Below, in pieces: positions 54,713-63,369 of a stretch of 64,000 nucleotides of DNA. The position numbers and the translations under genes were made by a program. How positions within the stretch are numbered: position 1 is the first letter of the stretch; every line of letters starts with the position of its first letter. The DNA is from Acidimicrobiia bacterium (GTDB lineage: Bacteria > Actinomycetota > Acidimicrobiia > Spongiisociales > ZC4RG35). The stretch is from assembly GCA_041747855.1 (NCBI GenBank), contig JBGTEJ010000042.1:321-64320 (forward strand). The letters are read 5' to 3'. The notes beneath the pieces were generated by a model. The model was not told the DNA's origin and did no database searches. It saw nothing but the letters and a program-made list of their open reading frames with translations.

Positions 54713-55132
54713 CTAACCGCTGAGACGATCGATTATCGAGGCGATCCGCTTCGGCACCAAAGAACGGGAGACGCGGACGGCCTCGCGTACCAGGTCCAGG
54801 ACGTCGCCAGGGCCGTCCCAGTGCTCCCGAACTATTTCGGGGCCGGACCGGTCGATGAGCGAGTCGACGGCGAAAGCCATGATCAGGATGTCGTCCAACA
54901 CCCCTAACACTGGAATCACATCGGGAATCAGGTCGATCGGGCTCATCACATAGGCTGCCGCGATACCAAGGGTCAACTTTGCCCGACGCGGGACTCGCGG
55001 GTCCTTGAGAAGCCGACTCACCAGCTTGACCATGTTGGGGATCAGGAAAACGGCATCGGCGGCGAAACGACGCGCCTGTAACGGACTCCCATCCGGTGGG
55101 ATCACTTCGTCGGGACGGACACTGTTACTCAC
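54713..55132 (-). CDS. DUF1232 (YkvA-like) membrane protein
   Basis: RRAKLTLGIAAAYVMSPIDLIPDVIPVLGVLDDILIMAFAV is the DUF1232 core. ATGA overlap with the upstream 63-aa ORF. Confidence 0.75.
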   Translation of the reverse strand: MSNSVRPDEVIPPDGSPLQARRFAADAVFLIPNMVKLVSRLLKDPRVPRRAKLTLGIAAAYVMSPIDLIPDVIPVLGVLDDILIMAFAVDSLIDRSGPEIVREHWDGPGDVLDLVREAVRVSRSLVPKRIASIIDRLSG

Positions 55133-55320
55133 TCGATCTCGATTCTCTGCTTCCGGTTTTCCACTTCATGTTCGCTCCCCTGAGTTCTTATGCCACCCAT
55201 CTCGTCGAACACCGCCTCGACGGCCTTGAGTGCTTCGATGAGTGCCTGGACCATGTGAAAGGCAGCCCGCCGCCCGGCGCGCCCCATGGCCACCCGCGTC
55301 GGCGACGGCTCTTCACTCAT
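55129..55320 (-). CDS. hypothetical 63-aa protein (amphipathic helix, acidic/basic tail)
   Basis: It overlaps the ArsA stop by 8 nt and the DUF1232 start by 4 nt. Hand-counted GC3 is about 75 percent. Confidence 0.5.
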   Translation of the reverse strand: MSEEPSPTRVAMGRAGRRAAFHMVQALIEALKAVEAVFDEMGGIRTQGSEHEVENRKQRIEIE

Positions 55321-56491
55321 CAGTCACCCGATTGGCGAAGACGACCCTGAGGGTTCCCCCCTCCAACCGCGCCGCAATCACGTCACGTCGGTGGAGCGCA
55401 TCGGGTAACACGAAAGACCTTCGATAAGGTCCCGCACTGACATAGATCTCGTTGCCCTGGCGGGTCACATCGAGGTCGGCCTTGTCGACGAAGGGCATGT
55501 CGAGCTCCATCGTGACCTTGCCGTCGCCCTCGGTGATCCGGAACGGGCTCACCGCCTTGAAGTCGGTCACCGGATCGAGTTCTCCGTACAACTCGTGTGC
55601 CATGAACCGGAGACGGTCCAGACCCACCATTTCGTCATCGAAGAGTCGGAGCCGGAGACGTGGCACGTCCGCAAAGGCCTCGTCCACCGCATCGAGATGA
55701 CCCTTCTGAATGGCCCTCCACCTCTCGAAGTATGGATCGGCGACGATCTCGGGCAGGACACGATTCACTACGACCCCATCGACTCCGTAGCCGAACAGGC
55801 CCAGGTAGCTGTAGGTCCGACGCGCCTCATCGATGACCATCTTCTCCGGATTGACCACCAATCGGGCAGAAGTGACCTCCGGGTTGGCCATGAGTTCCCG
55901 AACACCTTCGACAGACTCGAAGATCGATTGGGCAGCGGAGAAGACCTCATCCTTAGGCAGGGGGAGGTTGGTCATCCTCCCCAGAAGTGGCCGGGCCGCC
56001 TTCATGATCCGGCGCTCTGTTGGAAGCACCTTCTCGAAGTACCAGGAAAGAACCTCGGGCAGGGAGAGCAAGCGCAGGGTCTCCGCAGTCGGGGCGCAAT
56101 CGACGACAATCACGTCGTACTCCCCCGATCGAGCATGTCGGTTCACTTCGATGAGCGAGAACAATTCGTCCATGCCGGGGAAGATCAGGAACTCTTCCGC
56201 CTCGATACCGGCGGCGCCACCCCAGTCGAGGACCTCGATGAGCTGGTGCCTTATAGACCCCCAGTACCGGTCGAGCTGCTGCCGGGTGTCGATCTGCTGC
56301 CCGTCGAGCCGGTCGACCACTGGGCCCGGATCTGAACCGAGTGGGAACTCGAGGGCATCGGAAAGGGAATGCGCCGGGTCGGTGGACGTGACCAGGACGC
56401 GATGACCGGCGTCGGCTGCGGCGAGGGCCGTCGAAGCGGCGACTGTCGTCTTGCCTACCCCGCCCTTGCCTGTGACGAGGACGATTCGCAT
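55313..56491 (-). CDS. ArsA/Get3-family ATPase with C-terminal HSP20-like (alpha-crystallin) domain
   Basis: VTGKGGVGKTTVAAS, TSTDPAHSLSDAL, and VVDCAPTAETLRLLSLPE. The C-terminal domain MELDMPFVDKADLDVTRQGNEIYVSAGPYRRSFVLPDAL...GGTLRVVF looks like an alpha-crystallin fold. Confidence 0.85.
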   Translation of the reverse strand: MRIVLVTGKGGVGKTTVAASTALAAADAGHRVLVTSTDPAHSLSDALEFPLGSDPGPVVDRLDGQQIDTRQQLDRYWGSIRHQLIEVLDWGGAAGIEAEEFLIFPGMDELFSLIEVNRHARSGEYDVIVVDCAPTAETLRLLSLPEVLSWYFEKVLPTERRIMKAARPLLGRMTNLPLPKDEVFSAAQSIFESVEGVRELMANPEVTSARLVVNPEKMVIDEARRTYSYLGLFGYGVDGVVVNRVLPEIVADPYFERWRAIQKGHLDAVDEAFADVPRLRLRLFDDEMVGLDRLRFMAHELYGELDPVTDFKAVSPFRITEGDGKVTMELDMPFVDKADLDVTRQGNEIYVSAGPYRRSFVLPDALHRRDVIAARLEGGTLRVVFANRVTDE

Positions 56492-56492
56492 G

Positions 56493-56930
56493 TCAGCCTG
56501 CCTCTGTCACTCGTTTACGCAGCCCACGAAGGGCCGTGGTGACAATCTGCTTCTCACCCTGACGCTTGATGAACCCCGGGATGATGAACTTGGTTTGCAC
56601 AGTGAAGGAGTAGGTCACCTCTGTCGACCCATCGACCGGAACGAACTTGTACGACCCATCGAGACTCTTGAGGTCGTCGCTCTCGTCGGCCGACCACGAC
56701 AGGATGTTTGGTCGATCGTGGCTGTAATTGAGGACGTAATCGATCTCCTTGACAAAGATGTCCACCACGAATCGGGCCCGGGAGACCCGACCGTCATCGT
56801 CGGTTTCGAGCACCTCGACTGTCTTGACTCCTGTGGCCCATTCCGGATAGGCCCCGACATCGGCGACGACGTCGTAAAGCGCCTCGGCTGGAGCATCGAT
56901 CTCCAACTGCGCAAAAGTTCCCTCTGGCAT
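56493..56930 (-). CDS. SRPBCC (START/cyclase-dehydrase fold) protein
   Basis: ATG 56930 gives MPEGTFAQLEIDAPAEALYDVVADVGAYPEWATGV..., which is typical of the polyketide_cyc2/SRPBCC family. It ends 1 nt before the ArsA start. Confidence 0.75.
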   Translation of the reverse strand: MPEGTFAQLEIDAPAEALYDVVADVGAYPEWATGVKTVEVLETDDDGRVSRARFVVDIFVKEIDYVLNYSHDRPNILSWSADESDDLKSLDGSYKFVPVDGSTEVTYSFTVQTKFIIPGFIKRQGEKQIVTTALRGLRKRVTEAG

Positions 56931-56959
56931 TCCTAGCTTTCGTTCGTGAAGAAAGGAGC

Positions 56960-57748
56960 CTACCCAACCTTGCCGATATGGACACCGGCGTGGTCGAGTC
57001 TGAGGTACCTGCCAGTGGCCCGGAAATACCCGGTGTTGAAGCACCGGGTCGAGCCCACGCGCCAGGTCGTGGCTTGGGGTTGGTGGATGTCACCGAAGAA
57101 GTGATACCGGGGCTGATGCTCCCGGATGTAGGCGAGAACGGCCTCCGAGCCTCGCTCATCGCGATCGGTGATCACGTCATGGCGTAGTGCTCGGATGGCT
57201 GGGGGGATGTGTGTGCAAAGGACGTCGACCGGCCCCAGACCAGCCAGGAGAACCATCATCTCCTCATCGGAGGTCTCCCCTTCTGCCTGCAACGGGGTGG
57301 GCACTCCCCCTCCCACCAGCCCCAGCCGGAAGCCCTCGACATCGGCGACCTCACCGTGGGCGAACCGGTATCCGTCAGGCAGGCTGTCCACCATCATCGA
57401 AGGGCGGTCGACATTGCCGTGGATCACGAGGCCCTCACCACCGCTCAGAGCCGCCATGATCTCGTCGTACTGACCCTGGTACACCTGGGCCAGCTTCTCC
57501 CGGATCACGTCGATGTCCTCGCCGGCCGCCCTCATCCAGGCAGCCCGCATCCCGGCGAAGTCCCCACGCGCTCTGGCTTCGGAGTTGGCCGCCGCCGCCC
57601 CCATTCCGAGAACCTCGGCGACCGCCCCCTGGCCGGTCCGATAGTCGGTCAGGTTGACCAGATCACCCAGAACGATCAGGGTCTCCTTCAGCGCAACGAT
57701 CCGGGCGAGTGGCGCGGCTGCGGCATGTATGTCGGATACGAAGATCAT
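56960..57748 (-). CDS. metallophosphoesterase
   Basis: ATG 57748 gives MIFVSDIHAA (DxH). Further motifs are VLGDLVN, VIHGNVD, CTHIPP and FFGDIHQ. The start overlaps the upstream stop (ATGA). Confidence 0.75.
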   Translation of the reverse strand: MIFVSDIHAAAAPLARIVALKETLIVLGDLVNLTDYRTGQGAVAEVLGMGAAAANSEARARGDFAGMRAAWMRAAGEDIDVIREKLAQVYQGQYDEIMAALSGGEGLVIHGNVDRPSMMVDSLPDGYRFAHGEVADVEGFRLGLVGGGVPTPLQAEGETSDEEMMVLLAGLGPVDVLCTHIPPAIRALRHDVITDRDERGSEAVLAYIREHQPRYHFFGDIHQPQATTWRVGSTRCFNTGYFRATGRYLRLDHAGVHIGKVG

Positions 57749-58041
57749 CCAGTCGGCGCTTTCGACGCTAGATACCAGACCCAGGCGCTGGAGGCCACGG
57801 CCGCCAGCACGGCGACCACCAAGGCAATTTGCCACGTGAAATCCAGGGGGGAGAACTCGGCGGCCATTCCACCCATGCCGAATCCGAGAAACCCTCCTAG
57901 GGACATGCGACCCCTGACGCCGAGTCGGTGGTTCAGATCGAGACCGGGGCGTCCCGTGCCTGAAGACAGACCGCTGAGGATGATGACGCCGACCAAGGCC
58001 ATGATGCCCACACCGAGAACCACCGAGTAGACCGCGATCAT
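57745..58041 (-). CDS. hypothetical small membrane protein (3 TM, Gly-rich)
   Basis: 98 aa with three hydrophobic helices, coupled to the phosphoesterase gene. Confidence 0.5.
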   Translation of the reverse strand: MIAVYSVVLGVGIMALVGVIILSGLSSGTGRPGLDLNHRLGVRGRMSLGGFLGFGMGGMAAEFSPLDFTWQIALVVAVLAAVASSAWVWYLASKAPTG

Positions 58042-58086
58042 CGAAGAGAGGGTACCCGGGTGGGTGCGACAGCCCTCACCGTGCTC

Positions 58087-58998
58087 CTACCGGCGCTCGT
58101 CGAGGAAATCGAGGACCCGTTGGACATATCCATCGGGATCGACATCGTAGGAGCCCACGTGTTCGGCATCGGCAACGGTGAACAGGGTGACGTTGCTGGG
58201 AGCTGCCTCGGAGAATCGGATGCTCTGTGACAGTGGCACAGTCATGTCAGCCGTGCCGTGGATGATGAGCACAGGCACCCTGAGGGCGGACTCGGCCCGA
58301 CTCACGTAGTCGATCGTCTTCCAGTTGACCCCCATCCGCAAGGAAGTGAAGACTTTGGCCGTCCAGCCGAGTGTGATCGGCACATTCATGGGCAGGACCG
58401 GCATCCTCCTCTGGGTCGCCGCATATGCGACAGTGTCCCCAAAGTCGACGTTCGGCGAGTCGAAGATCGCTCCCCGAATGTCGTCGATCTGGTGCTTGTA
58501 GGCGTAGGAAAGGACATGGGAAGCACCCGTGCTGAATCCGATGAAGACAACACCTCGGGCACCCTGTGAGTTGGCGTAGTCGAGGGCGGCCTTGATGTCC
58601 TCCCATTCGGTGGCCCCATACCCATAGAACCCGCTGGGGTCTGCGGGTTGACCGTCGTCATTGCGATAGGTGATGGCAAGCTGGGGGTAGCCGGCCTCCT
58701 GGAGGGGTTCGAAGAGATGCTGCGCCTCGGCAGGGGTGGCCCCCCGGCCGTGGACATGAATGACCCATAGGGTTCCGGGTGCGTCGAGAAACCAGGCGTC
58801 CATGTCTCCCAGCGGTGTGGGATAAGTGGTCTCCACCAGGTCGAAGTCGCCCGAGACCAGCTCCAGGGAATCCGGGTCCAGATCGAAACCATCTTCGATG
58901 AGGACACCCGAGAAGTACCAACCTCCGGCGATGTGCAAGACCAGGGCAAGGGCCACAAGACTCCAGAAAACACCTCTGAAAAACGATCTTGATTTCAT
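58087..58998 (-). CDS. membrane-anchored alpha/beta hydrolase
   Basis: N-terminal TM FWSLVALALVLHIAGGWYF. Nucleophile elbow FIGFSTGAS. HGTADMTV and a late His (DAEHVGSY) fit a Ser-Asp-His triad. Confidence 0.8.
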   Translation of the reverse strand: MKSRSFFRGVFWSLVALALVLHIAGGWYFSGVLIEDGFDLDPDSLELVSGDFDLVETTYPTPLGDMDAWFLDAPGTLWVIHVHGRGATPAEAQHLFEPLQEAGYPQLAITYRNDDGQPADPSGFYGYGATEWEDIKAALDYANSQGARGVVFIGFSTGASHVLSYAYKHQIDDIRGAIFDSPNVDFGDTVAYAATQRRMPVLPMNVPITLGWTAKVFTSLRMGVNWKTIDYVSRAESALRVPVLIIHGTADMTVPLSQSIRFSEAAPSNVTLFTVADAEHVGSYDVDPDGYVQRVLDFLDERR

Positions 58999-59020
58999 GG
59001 GACGTAGATTCTTGTCGCTG

Positions 59021-59944
59021 TCACGCGACTGGCAACAACAAACCGCCTACGAGATTCTCGTCACGGTCAGTCACGGGTATCGGGTCGGAGCCGAACTCAG
59101 GTTCCAGTTCGCGTGCCTCGTCGATCGTTTCATCGACCTTCACAGACTGGGCGTCCTCCATGATCGACACGACCGGGGCGGCGCCGGCCCCCAGCAGACG
59201 TTCTCTACGCACTAATCCAACCAAACGTCCTTCCTCGGCAACCGCCAGCGTGTTCTCAGCGTGGAATCGGAGAGTGTCCGCCGCTTCCCGCAGCGGGGCA
59301 ACGTATACGGGTTCTCCCATGTGATGGAACACACGATCCGGAGCACCTCTGACCACGACCGCGCCAGCTTGAGCCGTCCTGCGGAGTCGCGCACCATGGC
59401 CAAACATCGCCCTCTGCAGCCACGACCCACCAGAGGCACCGATGACCAGCAGGGCACCCTCCTCCAGTCCTTCGACCAGTTCCGCGATGCCTGCCACTTC
59501 GACGGCTCGTCCTGTGATCCCCGGCACAGAGAGCCCGATCCTTTCGAGGACATCGACCGCCGACTCGCCTTCACTGGCCGGAACCGAGGCAGAAACCATC
59601 TCGGCAGGAACGCCAAGGGCGCTGGCAAGCCGCGATGCCACCCGCGCGGCAAGTATCGAGTGGGGACCTCCGGCCACGGTGGCCACGACACGCGTCACCT
59701 TGTCGGGTTGGAAGTCGATCGGGACCGCGACATTCACCAAATCGAAGTCGCCCGGGATCTTCTTGGATACGAGAAGATCGGCCCGCAGTTCGATGACCGC
59801 TTCGATCATGTCCCCACCGACCCGGCTGGGTTCGCCGTCAGCCAGCAGTTCGGCCAGTTCCCCGCACCCGCGACCCCTGGTCCAGACGACCGAGAAGTCT
59901 TCATCATGAGAAGGCATTCGCATCTCGGAGCAACAGTCTGCCAC
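59021..59944 (-). CDS. universal-stress-protein-like domain fused to a CBS pair
   Basis: USP C-terminal pattern LLVIGASGGSWLQRAMFGHGARLRRTAQAGAVVVRG. Two CBS-like units follow (TLAVAEEGRLVGLVRRERLL and PIPVTDRDENLVGGLL). The start codon is uncertain. Confidence 0.6.
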   Translation of the reverse strand: MADCCSEMRMPSHDEDFSVVWTRGRGCGELAELLADGEPSRVGGDMIEAVIELRADLLVSKKIPGDFDLVNVAVPIDFQPDKVTRVVATVAGGPHSILAARVASRLASALGVPAEMVSASVPASEGESAVDVLERIGLSVPGITGRAVEVAGIAELVEGLEEGALLVIGASGGSWLQRAMFGHGARLRRTAQAGAVVVRGAPDRVFHHMGEPVYVAPLREAADTLRFHAENTLAVAEEGRLVGLVRRERLLGAGAAPVVSIMEDAQSVKVDETIDEARELEPEFGSDPIPVTDRDENLVGGLLLPVA

Positions 59945-60028
59945 AAGTCACGGGCTCTGCTCTGAATTCGTGAGTGTCGTGGCGCGCCCGCCGGAGGTCG
60001 AAATCGGTACACCGGTTACCGTGCGTCT

Positions 60029-60625
60029 ATGGAGCTACATGAGGTCCTGAGACGTCGACGAATGGTGCGCAACTACACCGATGAACCCATCGACCCAGCA
60101 ACATTGGACAAAATCGCGATGTCAGCCCTTCGCGCCCCTTCGGCAGGGAATAGCCAGGGACTCGGTGTGGTAGTGATCACGGATAGTGAGGTCCGGCGAC
60201 GTCTCGCCAATCTCGCCGGTGAGGACGTGTATGTGGCCGCCGGCTTCGATCCGTGGATCTCAGCTGCCCCCGCACATGTGGTGGTCTCGGTGAGTGAGAA
60301 GGTCTACCGTGACCGCTACTCAGAGCCGGACAAGCTGGGGTCTGACGGGGAGCCCATCGAATGGCCGGTCCCTTTCTGGTGGGTCGATGCTGGCGCAGCC
60401 CTGATGGCGATCCTGCTTGCGGCGGTAGACGAGGGACTGGGTGCCGGGTTCCTCGGAGTCCACTCAGTCCCCGCACTTGCGGAAGCGATCGGCTTGCCCG
60501 ACGACCAGATGCCGATCGGGATCGTGACCGTGGGACATCCCGCCCATGACCGACGTTCTTCGAGTCTCGACCGTAAACCCAGGGATGAGAACGTGACCGT
60601 CCATCACGACCGATGGCAGGCCTAG
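60029..60625 (+). CDS. nitroreductase family protein
   Basis: LRRRRMVRNYTDEPIDPATLDKIAMSALRAPSAGNSQG is the canonical N-terminal FMN-binding pattern. Confidence 0.85.
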   Translation: MELHEVLRRRRMVRNYTDEPIDPATLDKIAMSALRAPSAGNSQGLGVVVITDSEVRRRLANLAGEDVYVAAGFDPWISAAPAHVVVSVSEKVYRDRYSEPDKLGSDGEPIEWPVPFWWVDAGAALMAILLAAVDEGLGAGFLGVHSVPALAEAIGLPDDQMPIGIVTVGHPAHDRRSSSLDRKPRDENVTVHHDRWQA

Positions 60626-61395
60626 AACCAGTGTCGTACGACATCACATCGACCGCCAACCCGACGATCAAACGACTGTCGGGTCTCCGGGAGAGGTCGA
60701 CCCGAGACGCCGAGGATGTGTTCGTGGTCGAGGGTCTCCGGCTCTTCAACCGTGCGGTGGAATCCGGTCTCGAGCCGATCGAGGTCTATGTCGACGGTTC
60801 GGTCGAGTCCGGTTGGGATTCGGCCGTGCTGGTACACCCCGAGGCCCTCGACAGGGCTTCTTACCGAAAGCGATCTGAAGGGGTCATCGCGGTATTTCCC
60901 CAAGTCAGGATGACCCTCACCGATCTCCACCCAGCAGATCCGGCATTGATCCTCGTCACCGACTCGGTCGAAAAGCCGGGCAACCTTGGTGCGGTGCTGA
61001 GAACTGCCGATGCGGTCGGGGCCGACGCAGTGATTGAGACCGGGCCAGTGGACCTGTTCAACCCGAACGTTCTGCGCTCTTCCACTGGGGCGTGTTTCAC
61101 GGTTCCGACCCTGGTCTGCAAGCTCAACGACCTGGTGCCGTGGCTCGAAGAGCGCGGGATAAGGCTTTTCGCCGCTGACCCGTTGGCCGAAATGACACTG
61201 TGGGAAGCAGACCTGACCGGACCGATCGCCATAATGATCGGGGCCGAAGACGCCGGTCTCAGCCCTGCTGCGCTAGCCCTGGCCGACCAGCGTTTCTCCA
61301 TCCCCATGACGGGACGAACCGACTCTCTGAACACTTCAGTTGCCATGGCTGTGTTCGCATACGAAGCAGTCCGCCAACGACGCCAAGACTCCTGA
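60613..61395 (+). CDS. TrmH/SpoU-family RNA 2'-O-methyltransferase
   Basis: SpoU motifs KPGNLGAVLRTADAVGADAV, MIGAEDAGLS and IPMTGRTDSLNTSVAMAVFAYE. Confidence 0.88.
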   Translation: MAGLEPVSYDITSTANPTIKRLSGLRERSTRDAEDVFVVEGLRLFNRAVESGLEPIEVYVDGSVESGWDSAVLVHPEALDRASYRKRSEGVIAVFPQVRMTLTDLHPADPALILVTDSVEKPGNLGAVLRTADAVGADAVIETGPVDLFNPNVLRSSTGACFTVPTLVCKLNDLVPWLEERGIRLFAADPLAEMTLWEADLTGPIAIMIGAEDAGLSPAALALADQRFSIPMTGRTDSLNTSVAMAVFAYEAVRQRRQDS

Positions 61396-61480
61396 CTGAC
61401 GACCCCTAGGGACACCCCATCAGGAGGACCGGGGGAATCTGTCCCTGACCGCCCGTAGCTTGCGCTCCAGGAGGTCGAAG

Positions 61481-61675
61481 ATGCTCATCGATTGTGGACA
61501 ATGCGCAATGCAGCACACGAGTGCCTGTGACGACTGTGTGGTCACCTTCCTTTTGGGGACCAAGCCGGTCGAGCTGAGTGATGCCCAGTCCGATGCGGTG
61601 TCCAATCTCGCCAGCGCCGGATTGGTCCCCCATCTCAGACTGATCCCGGTCGACCGGGAGAAGCGGGTCTCCTGA
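61481..61675 (+). CDS. small CxxC-x6-CxxC zinc-ribbon-like protein (64 aa)
   Basis: AGGAGG lies 7 nt upstream of ATG 61481. The sequence is MLIDCGQCAMQHTSACDDCVVTFLL.... It ends 3 nt before the next gene. Confidence 0.55.
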   Translation: MLIDCGQCAMQHTSACDDCVVTFLLGTKPVELSDAQSDAVSNLASAGLVPHLRLIPVDREKRVS

Positions 61676-61678
61676 CCG

Positions 61679-63319
61679 ATGCCCCATCTCGGACTCCTGA
61701 GCGAGACCCATCTTCAACCCTCGTTCGATGACCTCTCCGTGCCTCTGTATGAGGTCACGTTCTGTGTCCTCGACCTCGAGACCACCGGGGGGTCACCAGC
61801 CGACAGCTCGATAACCGAGATCGGAGCGGTCAAAGTTCGCGGCGGTGAGAAGATCGGAGAGTTCCAGACGCTGGTCGATCCCGGCCTCCCCATCCCGCCC
61901 TTCATAACCGTGCTGACCGGGATAACCGACGCCATGGTGATCGAGGCCCCGAAGATCGAAGAGGCCCTGCCGTCCTTTCTCGAGTTCATCGGTGACTCGG
62001 TCCTGGTCGGACACAACCTTCGCTTCGACATGTCATTCATCAACGCTGCGGTCGACCGCCTCGAATATCCCCCTCTGGAGAACCAGCAGGTCGACACTCT
62101 CGCCCTCGCCCGTCGACTGGTCAGGGATGAGGTCAGGAGTCTCAAGCTCTCCACCCTCGCCAAACACTTCAGAAGTCCGGTCATGCCCACCCATAGGGCC
62201 CTCGAAGACGTGCACGCCACGACCCATCTCCTCCATTCGCTTCTCGAGCGTGCCGGATCGATGGGTGTGACCAACCTCGCCGATCTCATATCTCTCCCCA
62301 CCGCCCGAGGGTCCTCGTACTACTCGAAGATCAAGCTCACCGAAACACTCCCACGGACTCCCGGTGTCTACATCTTCCACGATCGGGACGGGATCCCGAT
62401 ATATGTGGGTAAGGCATCCGATCTGAGGGCCCGGGTCCGCCAATATTTCTACGGCGACACCAGACGCACCATCGCCAACCTCATGCGGGAGCTTCACTCC
62501 ATCGAGACCATCGTCTGTTCCTCCCCCCTCGAGGCTGAGGTGACGGAACTGAGACTCATCCACGCCCACCGACCCCGGTACAACCGAAGGTCCCGCCCAC
62601 CGAAGAGCTCCCACTTCGTCAAGGTGACAGGAGAGAAGTTTCCCCGCCTCTCGGTGGTCAGGAAGCTGGCTCCCGATGGTCTCGCCTATCTGGGGCCTTT
62701 CCGTTCCCGCAGGGCTGCCGAAGAGGTGGTTGCCGCTCTCTGGGATGCGACACCGGTGCGACGTTGCAAATCGCGCACCGGCTCCCAGACCGGCAAGTGC
62801 GCCAGTGCCCAGATAGGGGTGTCATCCTGCCCGTGTGACGGCTCACTCGACTCAGAGGAGTACTCACTCACCATCGGCCACCTGCTCGATGGGATTCGTT
62901 TCGACCCGGATCGGCTTCTGACACCACTCGTGGCCCGAATGGAGCGACTCTCACTCGCGCAACGGTACGAGGATGCCGCCTGGGCCCGCGATCGTCACGA
63001 GATCCTGGCCAGGGCCCTTCACGGACGGCAGATCTGGCAGGCGCTGACAGGAGCGGGGACGTTGGTGCTCGAGGACTCCCGTGGTCGGAGGGTCGTGATC
63101 GACCACGGCATCCTTTCTGATCCCGGACTCACCGTGGTGTCGGACCATCAGGTTGCGGTCCCCGAAGTCCCCCCTTCGGTCGAGGCTTCTGAGGAGATAG
63201 GTCTCATCTGGCGCTGGCTGGAGTCCTCCGACATCAGACTGGTGGATGCCACCGGGTACCTGGCCCTCCCCATACACCGGGTTCGAAGACTGAAGCTCCC
63301 CTCACGATCTGCGGCCTGA
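61679..63319 (+). CDS. DEDD (DnaQ-like) 3'-5' exonuclease fused to a GIY-YIG (UvrC/Cho-like) nuclease
   Basis: Exo motifs FCVLDLETTG, VGHNLRFDMSFI and HRALEDV. GIY-YIG PGVYIFHDRDGIPIYVGKASDLRARVRQYF with RPRYN. Confidence 0.87.
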   Translation: MPHLGLLSETHLQPSFDDLSVPLYEVTFCVLDLETTGGSPADSSITEIGAVKVRGGEKIGEFQTLVDPGLPIPPFITVLTGITDAMVIEAPKIEEALPSFLEFIGDSVLVGHNLRFDMSFINAAVDRLEYPPLENQQVDTLALARRLVRDEVRSLKLSTLAKHFRSPVMPTHRALEDVHATTHLLHSLLERAGSMGVTNLADLISLPTARGSSYYSKIKLTETLPRTPGVYIFHDRDGIPIYVGKASDLRARVRQYFYGDTRRTIANLMRELHSIETIVCSSPLEAEVTELRLIHAHRPRYNRRSRPPKSSHFVKVTGEKFPRLSVVRKLAPDGLAYLGPFRSRRAAEEVVAALWDATPVRRCKSRTGSQTGKCASAQIGVSSCPCDGSLDSEEYSLTIGHLLDGIRFDPDRLLTPLVARMERLSLAQRYEDAAWARDRHEILARALHGRQIWQALTGAGTLVLEDSRGRRVVIDHGILSDPGLTVVSDHQVAVPEVPPSVEASEEIGLIWRWLESSDIRLVDATGYLALPIHRVRRLKLPSRSAA

Positions 63320-63369
63320 CCTCTCGCCCGCCTTTGGACACCACCCCGGCGCACCTAACCTGACCACTC

